64,000 nt of DNA, from assembly GCA_030065155.1 (NCBI GenBank), contig JASJDI010000003.1, positions 962-64,961 of the forward strand. Reading direction: 5' to 3'. This document shows, in pieces, positions 17,877 through 27,242 of the stretch. The stretch comes from Xenococcaceae cyanobacterium MO_188.B29 (GTDB lineage: Bacteria > Cyanobacteriota > Cyanobacteriia > Cyanobacteriales > Xenococcaceae). Under the pieces are notes generated by a model, which saw only the letters and a list, made by a program, of their open reading frames with translations, was not told the DNA's origin and searched no databases. The translations under genes and the position numbers were made by a program. The number at the start of each line of letters is the position of its first letter. The first letter of the stretch is position 1.

Positions 17877-19478
17877 ATGATTAATAATATATTTTATTTA
17901 GTGATTTTTATTTTTGCATTTAGTATTGGTATTGTCGAAACGATATCTATCAATACTTATCAGAAAAAAGATTGTAAGATCGCTAAAAAAGCGATCGCAG
18001 AATTAAACAAATGCAAAATAGATAATCGTGACTATATTAAAGTAGCCAATCAAGAGTCAGAAATAATTAAATGGTTTTCTCAACATCTTAAAGGAGAATT
18101 TCAGCCATCAGCTTTTAAATTAGAACAAGATCAGAATGGTGATTTTATTTTACTTTCTTATCCTTCTATTTTAGGAAAACCAGTACCTCGAAGTCCTGTT
18201 AGTTTTGCTCCCGCTTTATTAACCGCAATCGGTATTTTGGGAACTTTTACTGGTATTTTCTTGGGTTTACAAGGAGTAGATTTGGGAAATATTAGTGAAA
18301 CTCAACAACTAATAGCAGCTAGTCAAAAATTATTAATGGGAATGAAAACATCGTTTTCTACTTCTTTATTTGGCTTGGGTGCTGCCATTACTTTTATTAT
18401 ATTCTTATCTTTAGGAGCACAGCAGCGTACTAGATTTCGCAATAGTTTGCGTAAAAAACTAAACGATATTGCTTTTCTAGAAAATCCTGCTCATCTTTTA
18501 TCTCGTCTAGATAATGAAGGAAATCTAGAAGTTGCTAAAACACTTCAAACTGTTGCTAATAATTTATCAGGTTTAAATGCTGATGTAATTGCTAATGCTA
18601 TTAAAAGTGCGATCGCCTCACCAGATAGCCCTTTAGTTTGGGAATTAAAACAACTTAGAGAGCTTCAAGAAAGTCAAGGAAAAACTGTAGAAAGTTTAGT
18701 AAAACAATTACGCACTGAATTAATTGAACCCGTAGTCACTAGATTAGATCAAAGTGCAGCATTAACGAAAGAAGCATCAGCAGCAGTAACGAATTTAAAA
18801 AATGAACTAGGCGGTATTAGTCAAAGTTTAGCAGGTGCGGTAACTACTATTCAAAGCTTTCAACAAGATACCTTAATTAAATTACAGGAATTTACTATTG
18901 AATTAAGAAATATTTTAGGAGAATTTCAAACAGATACTAAAGGTGTTTTAGAAGATGTAGCTTCAGAAATCAATCGTGCTGTAGAACAAAGTATTCAAGG
19001 TATGGAACAGCAGCGTACTATCTTTAAAGAAGATGTAGAGAGAAGAGAAAAACTTATTCAGCAGATAGAACAAAGCATGGATAAAATTCAGCAGACAGTT
19101 AAAGTAACTAGTAATTTAGCTAGTGCTATTGGTTTAAGTGATAGCCAGCGTCTTGCCGAACAACAAGCATTTTTCCGCGAAATTGGTCAAAGTGCTAACC
19201 AAGTGACTAAACAATATAGCACTATGATCGATCGCTTTAATGACGCTCTAAATATTGGTAATGAACAGCTAACTGACTACTTAAAACAAGCCAACGAAAC
19301 TTATAGCAAGAGTGTACAAGATGTAGATAAAGCTGCTGCTGATATTTGTAATAAGTTAAACGAAACTTCTCATGGTTTGATGAGTGCTGCTGAATTATTA
19401 GTTTCTGCTACTCACGAATTCAAACATAGTAGTAATGATAACGATTTAATTTTTGCTGGAAATAACAGGAGTAAATAA
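17877..19478 (+). CDS. ZorA-like MotA/ExbB/TolQ-family stator protein with ~340-aa coiled-coil tail
   Basis: 533 aa. TM1 (residues ~5-25), ~80-aa loop, then channel helices LLTAIGILGTFTGIFLGL and FSTSLFGLGAAITFIIFLSL. A long Q/E/K/L-rich helical C-terminus follows. Confidence 0.7.
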   Translation: MINNIFYLVIFIFAFSIGIVETISINTYQKKDCKIAKKAIAELNKCKIDNRDYIKVANQESEIIKWFSQHLKGEFQPSAFKLEQDQNGDFILLSYPSILGKPVPRSPVSFAPALLTAIGILGTFTGIFLGLQGVDLGNISETQQLIAASQKLLMGMKTSFSTSLFGLGAAITFIIFLSLGAQQRTRFRNSLRKKLNDIAFLENPAHLLSRLDNEGNLEVAKTLQTVANNLSGLNADVIANAIKSAIASPDSPLVWELKQLRELQESQGKTVESLVKQLRTELIEPVVTRLDQSAALTKEASAAVTNLKNELGGISQSLAGAVTTIQSFQQDTLIKLQEFTIELRNILGEFQTDTKGVLEDVASEINRAVEQSIQGMEQQRTIFKEDVERREKLIQQIEQSMDKIQQTVKVTSNLASAIGLSDSQRLAEQQAFFREIGQSANQVTKQYSTMIDRFNDALNIGNEQLTDYLKQANETYSKSVQDVDKAAADICNKLNETSHGLMSAAELLVSATHEFKHSSNDNDLIFAGNNRSK

Positions 19479-19480
19479 TC

Positions 19481-20200
19481 ATGAACGCTTTTGAACACTT
19501 TGAACCAGATACAGAAGTTGAGGAAGATAACGCAGGTATTTGGTTATCCATAAGTGACTTAATGTCTGGGTTATTAATGTTTTTTGCTTTGCTATTTATT
19601 GTAGTACAGGTTCAGCTTCAGCAGGAAATAATTAGAGCGCAAAGATTAGAAAAAGAACTAGAAACGTACAAAAAAGTGATCGATCAATTACCTTTAAGAA
19701 TAATTAGTGCAATTGAGGGTAAATTTGGTCAGGGAATTGTGGAGATCGATCCGAAAACAGGAGACGTAAAAATAGGAGATCGCATTCTATTTGATGAAGG
19801 AAGTGCGAAATTAAAACCCGTAGGAAAACAATTTCTTAAACAATTTATTCCTATATATAGTGATGTTATTTTCTCTGACACAGTTTTTGAAAATCAGATT
19901 ACTCGTGTTGTCATTGAAGGTCATACTAGTTCTAAAGGTTCAGATAAAGCTAACATGGACTTAAGCCTTAGACGGGCTTTATCTGTATCGAATTATATCT
20001 TTTCTCAACAAGTAAATTTTGATACCAAACAACAGTTTAAACAAAAAATATTAGCTTCTGGCAGAGGTGAAATAGATGCAGACAAGAGTAAAGATAATCC
20101 AATTGATCGCAAAGTGGTTTTCCGTTTCCAGTTCCGAAGAGAAGACTTTGGTGAATTACTCAAAAGAGCTAATACTGTAGAAAAATCTGTTACTAAATGA
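19481..20200 (+). CDS. ZorB-like MotB/OmpA-family protein
   Basis: 239 aa. Single TM with Asp (WLSISDLMSGLLMFFALLFIV) and an OmpA-type peptidoglycan-binding domain (FDEGSAKL..., VIEGHTSSKGSDKANMDLSLRRALSVSNYI). Starts 2 nt after the ZorA-like stop. Confidence 0.75.
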   Translation: MNAFEHFEPDTEVEEDNAGIWLSISDLMSGLLMFFALLFIVVQVQLQQEIIRAQRLEKELETYKKVIDQLPLRIISAIEGKFGQGIVEIDPKTGDVKIGDRILFDEGSAKLKPVGKQFLKQFIPIYSDVIFSDTVFENQITRVVIEGHTSSKGSDKANMDLSLRRALSVSNYIFSQQVNFDTKQQFKQKILASGRGEIDADKSKDNPIDRKVVFRFQFRREDFGELLKRANTVEKSVTK

Positions 20201-21684
20201 ATATTCAATTTCGTAGAATACACTTACCGCCATTGCCAACAGTTAATGCCCAAGCTTTAGTAAAGTTAGCAGGAAAAGAGCAAAATACTGGTTTAAAAAC
20301 CCCCTTTTTATCCGTAGATATACCTAAAAAACAAACTGTTTCGCGCTCTAATTTAGATGAAATTATTCGAGACATAGAAAGTGGTCAAATTGAAAAGATT
20401 ACTATCTTGGAGTGGATACACTGTCTTTACAATAAAGAAAAATGGGATATTAAACATCCTAATAGAATTAAACCCACATCTGAAGCAATTTGGAAAGCAG
20501 CAGGAAATAATTCTTGGTTAAAACAAAAATTATTCTGGAATTTAGTTCTCGATCTTAGTGGCAGAAACGTTTTAGCTTCATCTTTAGCAAAAAGCTACTC
20601 TATTTTTTCCCCTCAAGATTCGATCGATAGAAAAAGATTAGCCATAATCAAAGCTTTTCAAGCACAAAACCCCAAAGTTCAATTAATAGAACTCTGTTGG
20701 CAAGAGCTACTAACCCCTCGCGAACTTTTTTTTCAACATCAGCTTCCCAGCAAAATTCCTATCATTGAAAAATGCCTAACTGTTGTTGTTTCTCAATTTT
20801 CTCAAATTACTTCTCGTAATGATGAACAAATTGATTGGCTGTTAAGATGCTTTGAAGAAATGAATCAAGAACAGCAAGTAAAAGCTGTAGAATATCTACT
20901 TATTGAAAGTGATCCTAAACTTGGTGCAGAACGTCCAGAATTAATTAATTGGTTACATCAACATTATGGTTCTTCTTTACCAAATTCCCGTTGGAGTGAA
21001 CTTTCTTCAGAAGCAAAAGCAGCAATGCGAAAGTGGATTGGTGCAGTAAGTTATCAAGATTTCCAAAAACTAGTGAGTCTGATTTTAGAACGACTACATT
21101 TACAAGATTTTGAGCATAATCGATTGAGAAGTCGTAGCAAATTTTGGTCTAATTATAGCGATCACTTTGAACGAATTCGGATTTTATTACCTGAAAGTTC
21201 AGTCAATATTTTAGGTAATTATCTTAGTAATCAAGATATAAGTATTTTACTAAATGATGGCAGCGATCCCACAGAAGTATGTATTTTTGATTTTGGTGAT
21301 TGGTTTGTAATCGAGTTTTTTCGTGGTGATGGTAGTGAAACCTCTATTATTAGAAAAGACCCTGAGATTGAACAAAAACTTTTTCACTCTCAATTATCAG
21401 TTAAGCGTCTTCGTTGCCTCGATCGCAATATTCACGATCATGAGTTTTGCTGGCAGTATTTTTGCGAACAATTACTGAGAACCAAAAATATTTTTCCTAA
21501 TGAAAATATCCAGTATTTCAAAGGCTTATCCGATCGACATCGGAGATACAATCGACAAACAGGATTACCCAAACCATCTCCACAAAACTTACAAAAGCGA
21601 AGATATAAAGTAGAAAGATGGCAGCAAAAAATGGTTTGGTTAGAGAGAGAAGCCAAAGAATATTGTCAAAGACATTGCCTGTAG
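20197..21684 (+). CDS. ZorC-like protein (candidate EH-signature domain)
   Basis: 495 aa. ATGA overlap with the ZorB-like gene. Trp-rich helical protein. Candidate signature elements are FEHNRLRSRSKFWSNY (res ~304-320), and WFVIEFFRGDG (E373) followed ~40 aa later by IHDHEFCWQYF (H413/H415). Basic C-terminal tail. The assignment rests on operon context and needs an HMM search. Confidence 0.5.
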   Translation: MNIQFRRIHLPPLPTVNAQALVKLAGKEQNTGLKTPFLSVDIPKKQTVSRSNLDEIIRDIESGQIEKITILEWIHCLYNKEKWDIKHPNRIKPTSEAIWKAAGNNSWLKQKLFWNLVLDLSGRNVLASSLAKSYSIFSPQDSIDRKRLAIIKAFQAQNPKVQLIELCWQELLTPRELFFQHQLPSKIPIIEKCLTVVVSQFSQITSRNDEQIDWLLRCFEEMNQEQQVKAVEYLLIESDPKLGAERPELINWLHQHYGSSLPNSRWSELSSEAKAAMRKWIGAVSYQDFQKLVSLILERLHLQDFEHNRLRSRSKFWSNYSDHFERIRILLPESSVNILGNYLSNQDISILLNDGSDPTEVCIFDFGDWFVIEFFRGDGSETSIIRKDPEIEQKLFHSQLSVKRLRCLDRNIHDHEFCWQYFCEQLLRTKNIFPNENIQYFKGLSDRHRRYNRQTGLPKPSPQNLQKRRYKVERWQQKMVWLEREAKEYCQRHCL

Positions 21685-22196
21685 GCGTTTGGCAATGCCA
21701 AATCGTTTCATAGTATTTGAAATTCAGGAAGCCCAAATCAAGCACATAAAGTGCTCGCCCTCCTATCTCTACACTAGCAAAAACAGGAACTCCTGTAATG
21801 AAAGAAAGTTGCTACTTGTACAAAGTTTGTTACAGAAATCAACAAAGTATTAAGTATTTTCCGTCATCAGATCGGTCACTGTAGTGATGATTAATACTAT
21901 TAGTGGGTAATAAAAACTAATCAGGTGCAAAATAACCTGTCATGAAAGCGATACGATCTCCTCAAGAGTTCGTACCATTCAAGTCGGTGGTGCTTACAAA
22001 GGACGGACGCGGAACTCGTTGTCAACCTACTTCAAGAACTGTTCACCATCTCTCTGCTAAACACGCTAAATAACCCACCAAAACCAGAAAGTTTGCTTGC
22101 ACTTAGTCTGCTAGCAACTAAAATAATTAGTCAGCGTTACTAGCAAAAGAAACTAGGATCGATTGAAATCGAATAATGTTTTTGTACTATTATTAG

Positions 22197-23798
22197 ATGA
22201 ACACTCACGAACATAATAAAAATCAATTTGCTTTAACTACTCCCCTTTACTATGTTAATGATATTCCTCATATTGGTAGTGCCTATCCCACTATGGTAGC
22301 GGATGCGATCGCTCGTTTTCAGCGTTTGCAGGGTAAACCAGTTTTGTTTATTACGGGTGTAGACGAACACGGTCAAAAAATTCAACGTACGGCAGAAGAA
22401 AAAGGATTAGATCCGCAATCTTTCTGCGATAGCATTGTCCCAAGTTTTAAGTCTCTTTGGGATAAGCTCAATATTCAATACGATCGCTTTAGTCGTACTA
22501 ATGCAGCTAATCATGAACCAATAGTGAGAGAATTTTATCAAAGAGTATGGGATAAAGGAGATATCTACTTAGACCAACAGCAGGGTTGGTACTGTGTTTC
22601 TTGTGAAGAATTCAAAGAAGAACGAGAACTGCTAGAAGATGGCTGCTGTCCTCTTCATCCTAATAAAAAAGCTGAGTGGAGAGACGAAGAAAATTACTTT
22701 TTTAAACTATCTAAATATCAACAGCAACTAGAAGATCTTTATCGAGAAAAACCAGATTTCATTCAACCAGAAACTCGCCGAAATGAAGTCCTTAATTTTG
22801 TTAAACAAGGATTAAAAGATTTCTCCATTTCTCGTGTTAATTTAGACTGGGGTTTTACTGTTCCTCATGATCCCAAGCATACAATTTATGTTTGGTTTGA
22901 TGCTTTACTTGGTTATGTAACTGCTTTATTAGAACCAGAACAAGAACCAACTTTGGCTAATGCTGTATCTAAATGGTGGCCAATTAATTTGCATCTAATT
23001 GGCAAAGACATTTTGCGTTTTCATGCAGTGTATTGGCCGGCAATGTTAATGTCTGCGGAATTGCCATTGCCAGGCAGAGTTTTTGGTCATGGTTTCCTGA
23101 CTAAAGATGGCAGAAAAATGGGTAAAACTTTAGGCAATACGATCGATCCTTTTGCCTTAGTTGATAAATATGGTTCAGATGCTGTTCGCTATTACTTTCT
23201 CAAAGCAATTGAATTTGGTAAGGACGGAGATTTTAATGAAACTCGCTTCATTAATATTCTCAATGCAGATTTAGCTAACGATCTCGGCAACTTGCTCAAC
23301 CGTACCTTGGGTATGCTCAAAAAATACTGTCAGGGTAATGGTCCTCAGCTTACCGCAGCAGATTTAGATCGAGAACATCCCCTCAAAAAAATTGGTGATG
23401 GTTTGAGCGATCGCGTTGCCTTAGCTTACGATAACTTACAATTTAGCCAAGCTTGTGAAGAAATCTTTACGTTAGTCAGAGCTAGTAATAAGTACGTTGA
23501 TGAAAGCGCACCATGGTCTTTGTTCAAACAAAATCGAGAAAGTGAAGTAAAACAGATATTGTATGCTGTTCTAGAATCGGTTAGACTATCAGCTTACCTA
23601 TTGTCTCCTATTATTCCTGGTTTGAGCAGTGACATCTATCAACAATTAGGATTTTCTGTTGATTTTAATAATAAAACACAAAATTTAGAATCTGCTTTGT
23701 TTAAGCAACATTCCCAATATGGCAAACTAACTGCCAATCAAAATCTGGGCAAGGCTCGTCCCATCTTCTCCAAGCTAGAATTACCGTCAGAAAACTGA
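22197..23798 (+). CDS. metG: Methionyl-tRNA synthetase
   Basis: 533 aa. HIGH motif (PHIGSAY), Zn knuckle (CVSCEEF...CCPLH) and KMSKS variant (KMGKTLGN). Confidence 0.95.
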   Translation: MNTHEHNKNQFALTTPLYYVNDIPHIGSAYPTMVADAIARFQRLQGKPVLFITGVDEHGQKIQRTAEEKGLDPQSFCDSIVPSFKSLWDKLNIQYDRFSRTNAANHEPIVREFYQRVWDKGDIYLDQQQGWYCVSCEEFKEERELLEDGCCPLHPNKKAEWRDEENYFFKLSKYQQQLEDLYREKPDFIQPETRRNEVLNFVKQGLKDFSISRVNLDWGFTVPHDPKHTIYVWFDALLGYVTALLEPEQEPTLANAVSKWWPINLHLIGKDILRFHAVYWPAMLMSAELPLPGRVFGHGFLTKDGRKMGKTLGNTIDPFALVDKYGSDAVRYYFLKAIEFGKDGDFNETRFINILNADLANDLGNLLNRTLGMLKKYCQGNGPQLTAADLDREHPLKKIGDGLSDRVALAYDNLQFSQACEEIFTLVRASNKYVDESAPWSLFKQNRESEVKQILYAVLESVRLSAYLLSPIIPGLSSDIYQQLGFSVDFNNKTQNLESALFKQHSQYGKLTANQNLGKARPIFSKLELPSEN

Positions 23799-23897
23799 AT
23801 CTTTAATAAAAAGTAATCAATTATTAAGAAGGTAAACATAGCCAGGGAGGTACTTAAAACAAAAAAACACTTTTTCATATAAAAAGAGGCATAAAAA

Positions 23898-24503
23898 ATG
23901 TTAGATAATTTTGAAAGCGATCCGATTTTTACCCCGGAGCAAATATTAGAAAATAGAGGAAGAGTTGCTATCTTTATTGATGGCTCTAATCTGTTCTATG
24001 CAGCACTACAGTTGGGTATCGAAATCGACTATAGCAAACTACTGTCTCGCTTAACAGGGGGATCGCGTTTACTCCGTTCTTTCTTTTACACTGGTGTCGA
24101 TCGAACTAACGAAAAACAGCAAGGATTTTTACTCTGGATGCGCCGTAATGGGTACAGGGTAATAGCTAAAGATTTGGTGCAACTACCCGATGGCTCGAAA
24201 AAAGCTAATTTAGATGTAGAAATTGCTGTGGATATGATGGCATTGGTAGGAGCTTATGATACTGCTATTCTGGTTAGTGGTGATGGAGATCTAGCCTATG
24301 CTGTTGATGCAATTAGTTATCGCGGTGCTAGAGTAGAAGTAGTTAGCCTCCGCTCTATGACTAGTGATAGCTTAATTAATGTGGCCGATCGCTATATTGA
24401 CCTTGACCAAATTAAAGAAGATATTCAAAAAACAACTCGAACTAACGATCCCTATCGGAGTTTTTCCAGTTTTGGCATTTTGGACGCTGAGCATCCAAGA
24501 TGA
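23898..24503 (+). CDS. NYN-domain (LabA/DUF88-like) protein
   Basis: 201 aa. AIFIDGSNLFYAA ... ILVSGDGDLAYAV, typical of NYN/LabA ribonuclease-fold proteins. Confidence 0.8.
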   Translation: MLDNFESDPIFTPEQILENRGRVAIFIDGSNLFYAALQLGIEIDYSKLLSRLTGGSRLLRSFFYTGVDRTNEKQQGFLLWMRRNGYRVIAKDLVQLPDGSKKANLDVEIAVDMMALVGAYDTAILVSGDGDLAYAVDAISYRGARVEVVSLRSMTSDSLINVADRYIDLDQIKEDIQKTTRTNDPYRSFSSFGILDAEHPR

Positions 24504-25720
24504 AATCGAAGCAATTTATGACTAGCAAGGTACTACCTTTGGTAAAAAAAGTTAGGAAAAAGGCTGTTTTCTCTAATTCAGTTTTACTTTCTCACTCAGT
24601 TGCCAAAGGTTTATTCTTTTGTGTCTTGCTATGGAGTATGGCTGCTTGTCAACCTGCTTCAGTAGAAGAGCAACCATCAAGCGATAATGATAACTTAGAG
24701 CGATTAGAAACGCAATTTACCCTCGAAAACGCCATTCTAGAACAATCTAATACTCAAGGTAATATCCTCTGGAAAGTTAAATCTCGTAAGACAGTTTATA
24801 GTCAAGATAGACAAACAGCAAAGTTAGAACAAGTTACTGCTAATTTACTGGAAGATGGGCAAGTAATTCTGCAATTAAGCAGTAATAAAGGGGAAATAAA
24901 AGAAAATGGGTTAGTGATCTTGCTCCAAGGTCAAATTGTAGTAACCGATTCTCGAAATCAAGCTGTTGTTAGGAGTGAAGAAGCAGAATGGCGACCATCT
25001 GAACACATTTTGCTTGTTCATAAAAGAATTAGAGGTTCCAATGATAATTTAGAAATTGAAGCTGACAGGGGAAAATATTTAATTGATGTACAAAGTTTAG
25101 AGTTGGAAGGGAATATCGTTGCTAATACTCTTCAGCCTTCTATAAGATTAAAAACAGACCACCTCCTGTGGTTGATACCCCAACAAAAAGTTATCGGCAC
25201 TCGACCTCTAGAAATTGTCCGTTATCAAGATGATACTATTAGCGATCGCGTTGTTGCTAATCAGGGTGAAGTAGACTTACAACAAAATATCTTATATCTA
25301 CAACAAGACGTAGAAATGCGCTCCCTAGACCCTTCTTTGCATATCGCTACTAATTTTGTTGAGTGGAACTATCAAACTCGTGTTGCTACTTCAAATCAAC
25401 CAATTCACATTATAGATTTAGAGAATCAGTTAGATATTATTGGCAATCAAGGCACAATAGATTTAAATCAGCAAATTGCCACTCTGGATAAAGGCATTAA
25501 AGGCATTAATAATCGTAATCAATCGCAATTATATGCCCAGAATTTGATTTGGGATATCCCTACAGAACAAGTTGAAGCAACAGGTAATGTTATCTATCAA
25601 CAAGCTAATCCCCCATTAAACTTGACAGGAGATAAAGCCATCGGCAAATTACAAGATAATAGTGTAGTTGTGACTAGTAATAATCAACAAAATCGAGTTG
25701 TCACCGAGATTGTACCTTAA
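24500..25720 (+). CDS. Periplasmic lipoprotein with LptC/OstA-like beta-jellyroll repeats (possible cyanobacterial LptC)
   Basis: 406 aa. Lipobox-like LLWSMAAC. Repetitive beta-rich sequence. ATGA overlap with the NYN gene. The functional call is tentative. Confidence 0.4.
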   Translation: MKSKQFMTSKVLPLVKKVRKKAVFSNSVLLSHSVAKGLFFCVLLWSMAACQPASVEEQPSSDNDNLERLETQFTLENAILEQSNTQGNILWKVKSRKTVYSQDRQTAKLEQVTANLLEDGQVILQLSSNKGEIKENGLVILLQGQIVVTDSRNQAVVRSEEAEWRPSEHILLVHKRIRGSNDNLEIEADRGKYLIDVQSLELEGNIVANTLQPSIRLKTDHLLWLIPQQKVIGTRPLEIVRYQDDTISDRVVANQGEVDLQQNILYLQQDVEMRSLDPSLHIATNFVEWNYQTRVATSNQPIHIIDLENQLDIIGNQGTIDLNQQIATLDKGIKGINNRNQSQLYAQNLIWDIPTEQVEATGNVIYQQANPPLNLTGDKAIGKLQDNSVVVTSNNQQNRVVTEIVP

Positions 25721-25751
25721 ACTTATGGCAAAAATGTGTTATCCTATTTAT

Positions 25752-25845
25752 GACTCGGACTCATGCGATCTCAACGCCCAAACCTTGTCAGGACCGGAAG
25801 GTAGCAGCAATACGGGATGCTTATGATAGGCGTGAAATCCGGGTC
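25752..25845 (+). ncRNA. ffs: Signal recognition particle RNA (4.5S/ffs)
   Basis: Contains the conserved SRP domain IV core GTCAGGaCCGGAAGGtAGCAGC with a GGAA tetraloop. The terminal helix GACTCGGA (25752-25759) pairs with TCCGGGTC (25838-25845). Track ORF 25771..25968(-) overlaps it and is rejected. Confidence 0.75.
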
Positions 25846-26101
25846 ATTCTCTTCATAATTACTAGTTGTTAATAAAATTTTACAATCCAATAATATCCCC
25901 CCATGAAAAATGCGGGTTAATTGGTTGCACCAAAGTCGATTATGGGATAAATATTGAACTACTGCCAATACTGTGCGGATAAGCCTGAAAACTTAATGAA
26001 ATTAGGGATTGTAGGCAGCAATTTCTCCTTTATCTTCCTTGTCTTCCCTCTCTCTGCCTCAAAAGACAACCTTATTAACCGAACAGTATTGGAACTACCG
26101 C

Positions 26102-26950
26102 TTATCTACTAATATTGACTCGCCTCGTCACCATAGTAATACCGTCTCCCCTTACTAAAATAGCTGATAGCCAATGATTATCTGCAAGACGCGGTGCTGT
26201 TACCAATTTATAAATTCCTCCTGCTGGTAGAGGCTCTAATTCTAAAGTAGTAGGATTAATATAGCGATCGCTACCCGTTCTTTCTTCAATCACAGCACCT
26301 AACAGTAGCTTATCTTCTAGAGGTTCTGTGGCAATAACATCAAAATTATATTTTTCACCAACCTTAACCTGCTCTGGTATGATGACATTGACTTTTGGTG
26401 GATTAAGACCAGAAGTTAACTGAGTTTTTTCAGAGATTATCTCCTGATGAACTAACTGTTGGTTTTGGAAATATTGACGCGAGCGCAAAGTTGAATTTAA
26501 ACGAGATACTCTACCTTTATTCCTCTGAGTACCGCGAATATAAGTTACGGTATTAGCAACTTGTTGCTCTCCTACTTGTTCCCAGGATTCTATTTCGGTA
26601 GTGTAGCGTAGTTGAGCATAATTACTCCACATTTGGTTTAATGCTTCCGAAAGAGAAGTATGAGTCAAACCATCAGTATTGGTAAAATCCTCACTATAGT
26701 ATTCTAATAACTTGTCTAAATTTCTCTCATTAGCAGCTTTTTCTATCTCTGTGATTGCTTCAACTAATTCTTGAGGTGGATTTTCTCCAGTTTGAGCTTT
26801 AGTTATACTGCTCATAATGTTTAACATACTCATACTTAACAGTAGAGTAAGGGCATAATTAATTGATTTATTGTTCAGAAAATATTTTGAATAATTGTAA
26901 ACAACAGAGATGGTTTTAGAAACAGATAGAAATTTTTTCATAATTTTCAA
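26102..26950 (-). CDS. Hypothetical secreted/anchored protein with NTF2/DUF4440-like N-domain
   Basis: 282 aa. Hydrophobic N-terminal segment, then LDKLLEYYSEDFTNTDG, typical of SnoaL/NTF2-like folds. Confidence 0.5.
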   Translation of the reverse strand: MKIMKKFLSVSKTISVVYNYSKYFLNNKSINYALTLLLSMSMLNIMSSITKAQTGENPPQELVEAITEIEKAANERNLDKLLEYYSEDFTNTDGLTHTSLSEALNQMWSNYAQLRYTTEIESWEQVGEQQVANTVTYIRGTQRNKGRVSRLNSTLRSRQYFQNQQLVHQEIISEKTQLTSGLNPPKVNVIIPEQVKVGEKYNFDVIATEPLEDKLLLGAVIEERTGSDRYINPTTLELEPLPAGGIYKLVTAPRLADNHWLSAILVRGDGITMVTRRVNISR

Positions 26951-27242
26951 TCGAGGTTAAAGTTTTATTTATCAGATCTTTAACTTATCAAAACTAATCT
27001 TGATGTGATTTTTATGCTTGCTATTTTCAAAAAGTAGACAATAAAATAAACATAAGAAAAAACCTACTACTTTTGACTTAAGGATAATTCAGATTAAGTA
27101 TAAATAAAGACATCTTACATTTACCGAGTATTTACTTAGTAAATATTAAGTCGATCTTCATCAAGATCTGTATAAAGGTTATTCCTACCAGTCTAATTTA
27201 GTCATAATTTATCTTTTACTCTCTCTACTCCCCTCCAAATCA

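Noticed and set aside
21438-21745. Minus-strand ORFs 21438..21656 and 21518..21745 at the end of the ZorC-like gene
   Set aside because: They are antisense to the operon's last gene, low complexity, and have no start-context support.
25771-25968. 65-aa ORF(-) downstream of the LptC-like gene
   Set aside because: It overlaps the SRP RNA (conserved GTCAGGaCCGGAAGGtAGCAGC core on the plus strand). The ncRNA explanation is much stronger.
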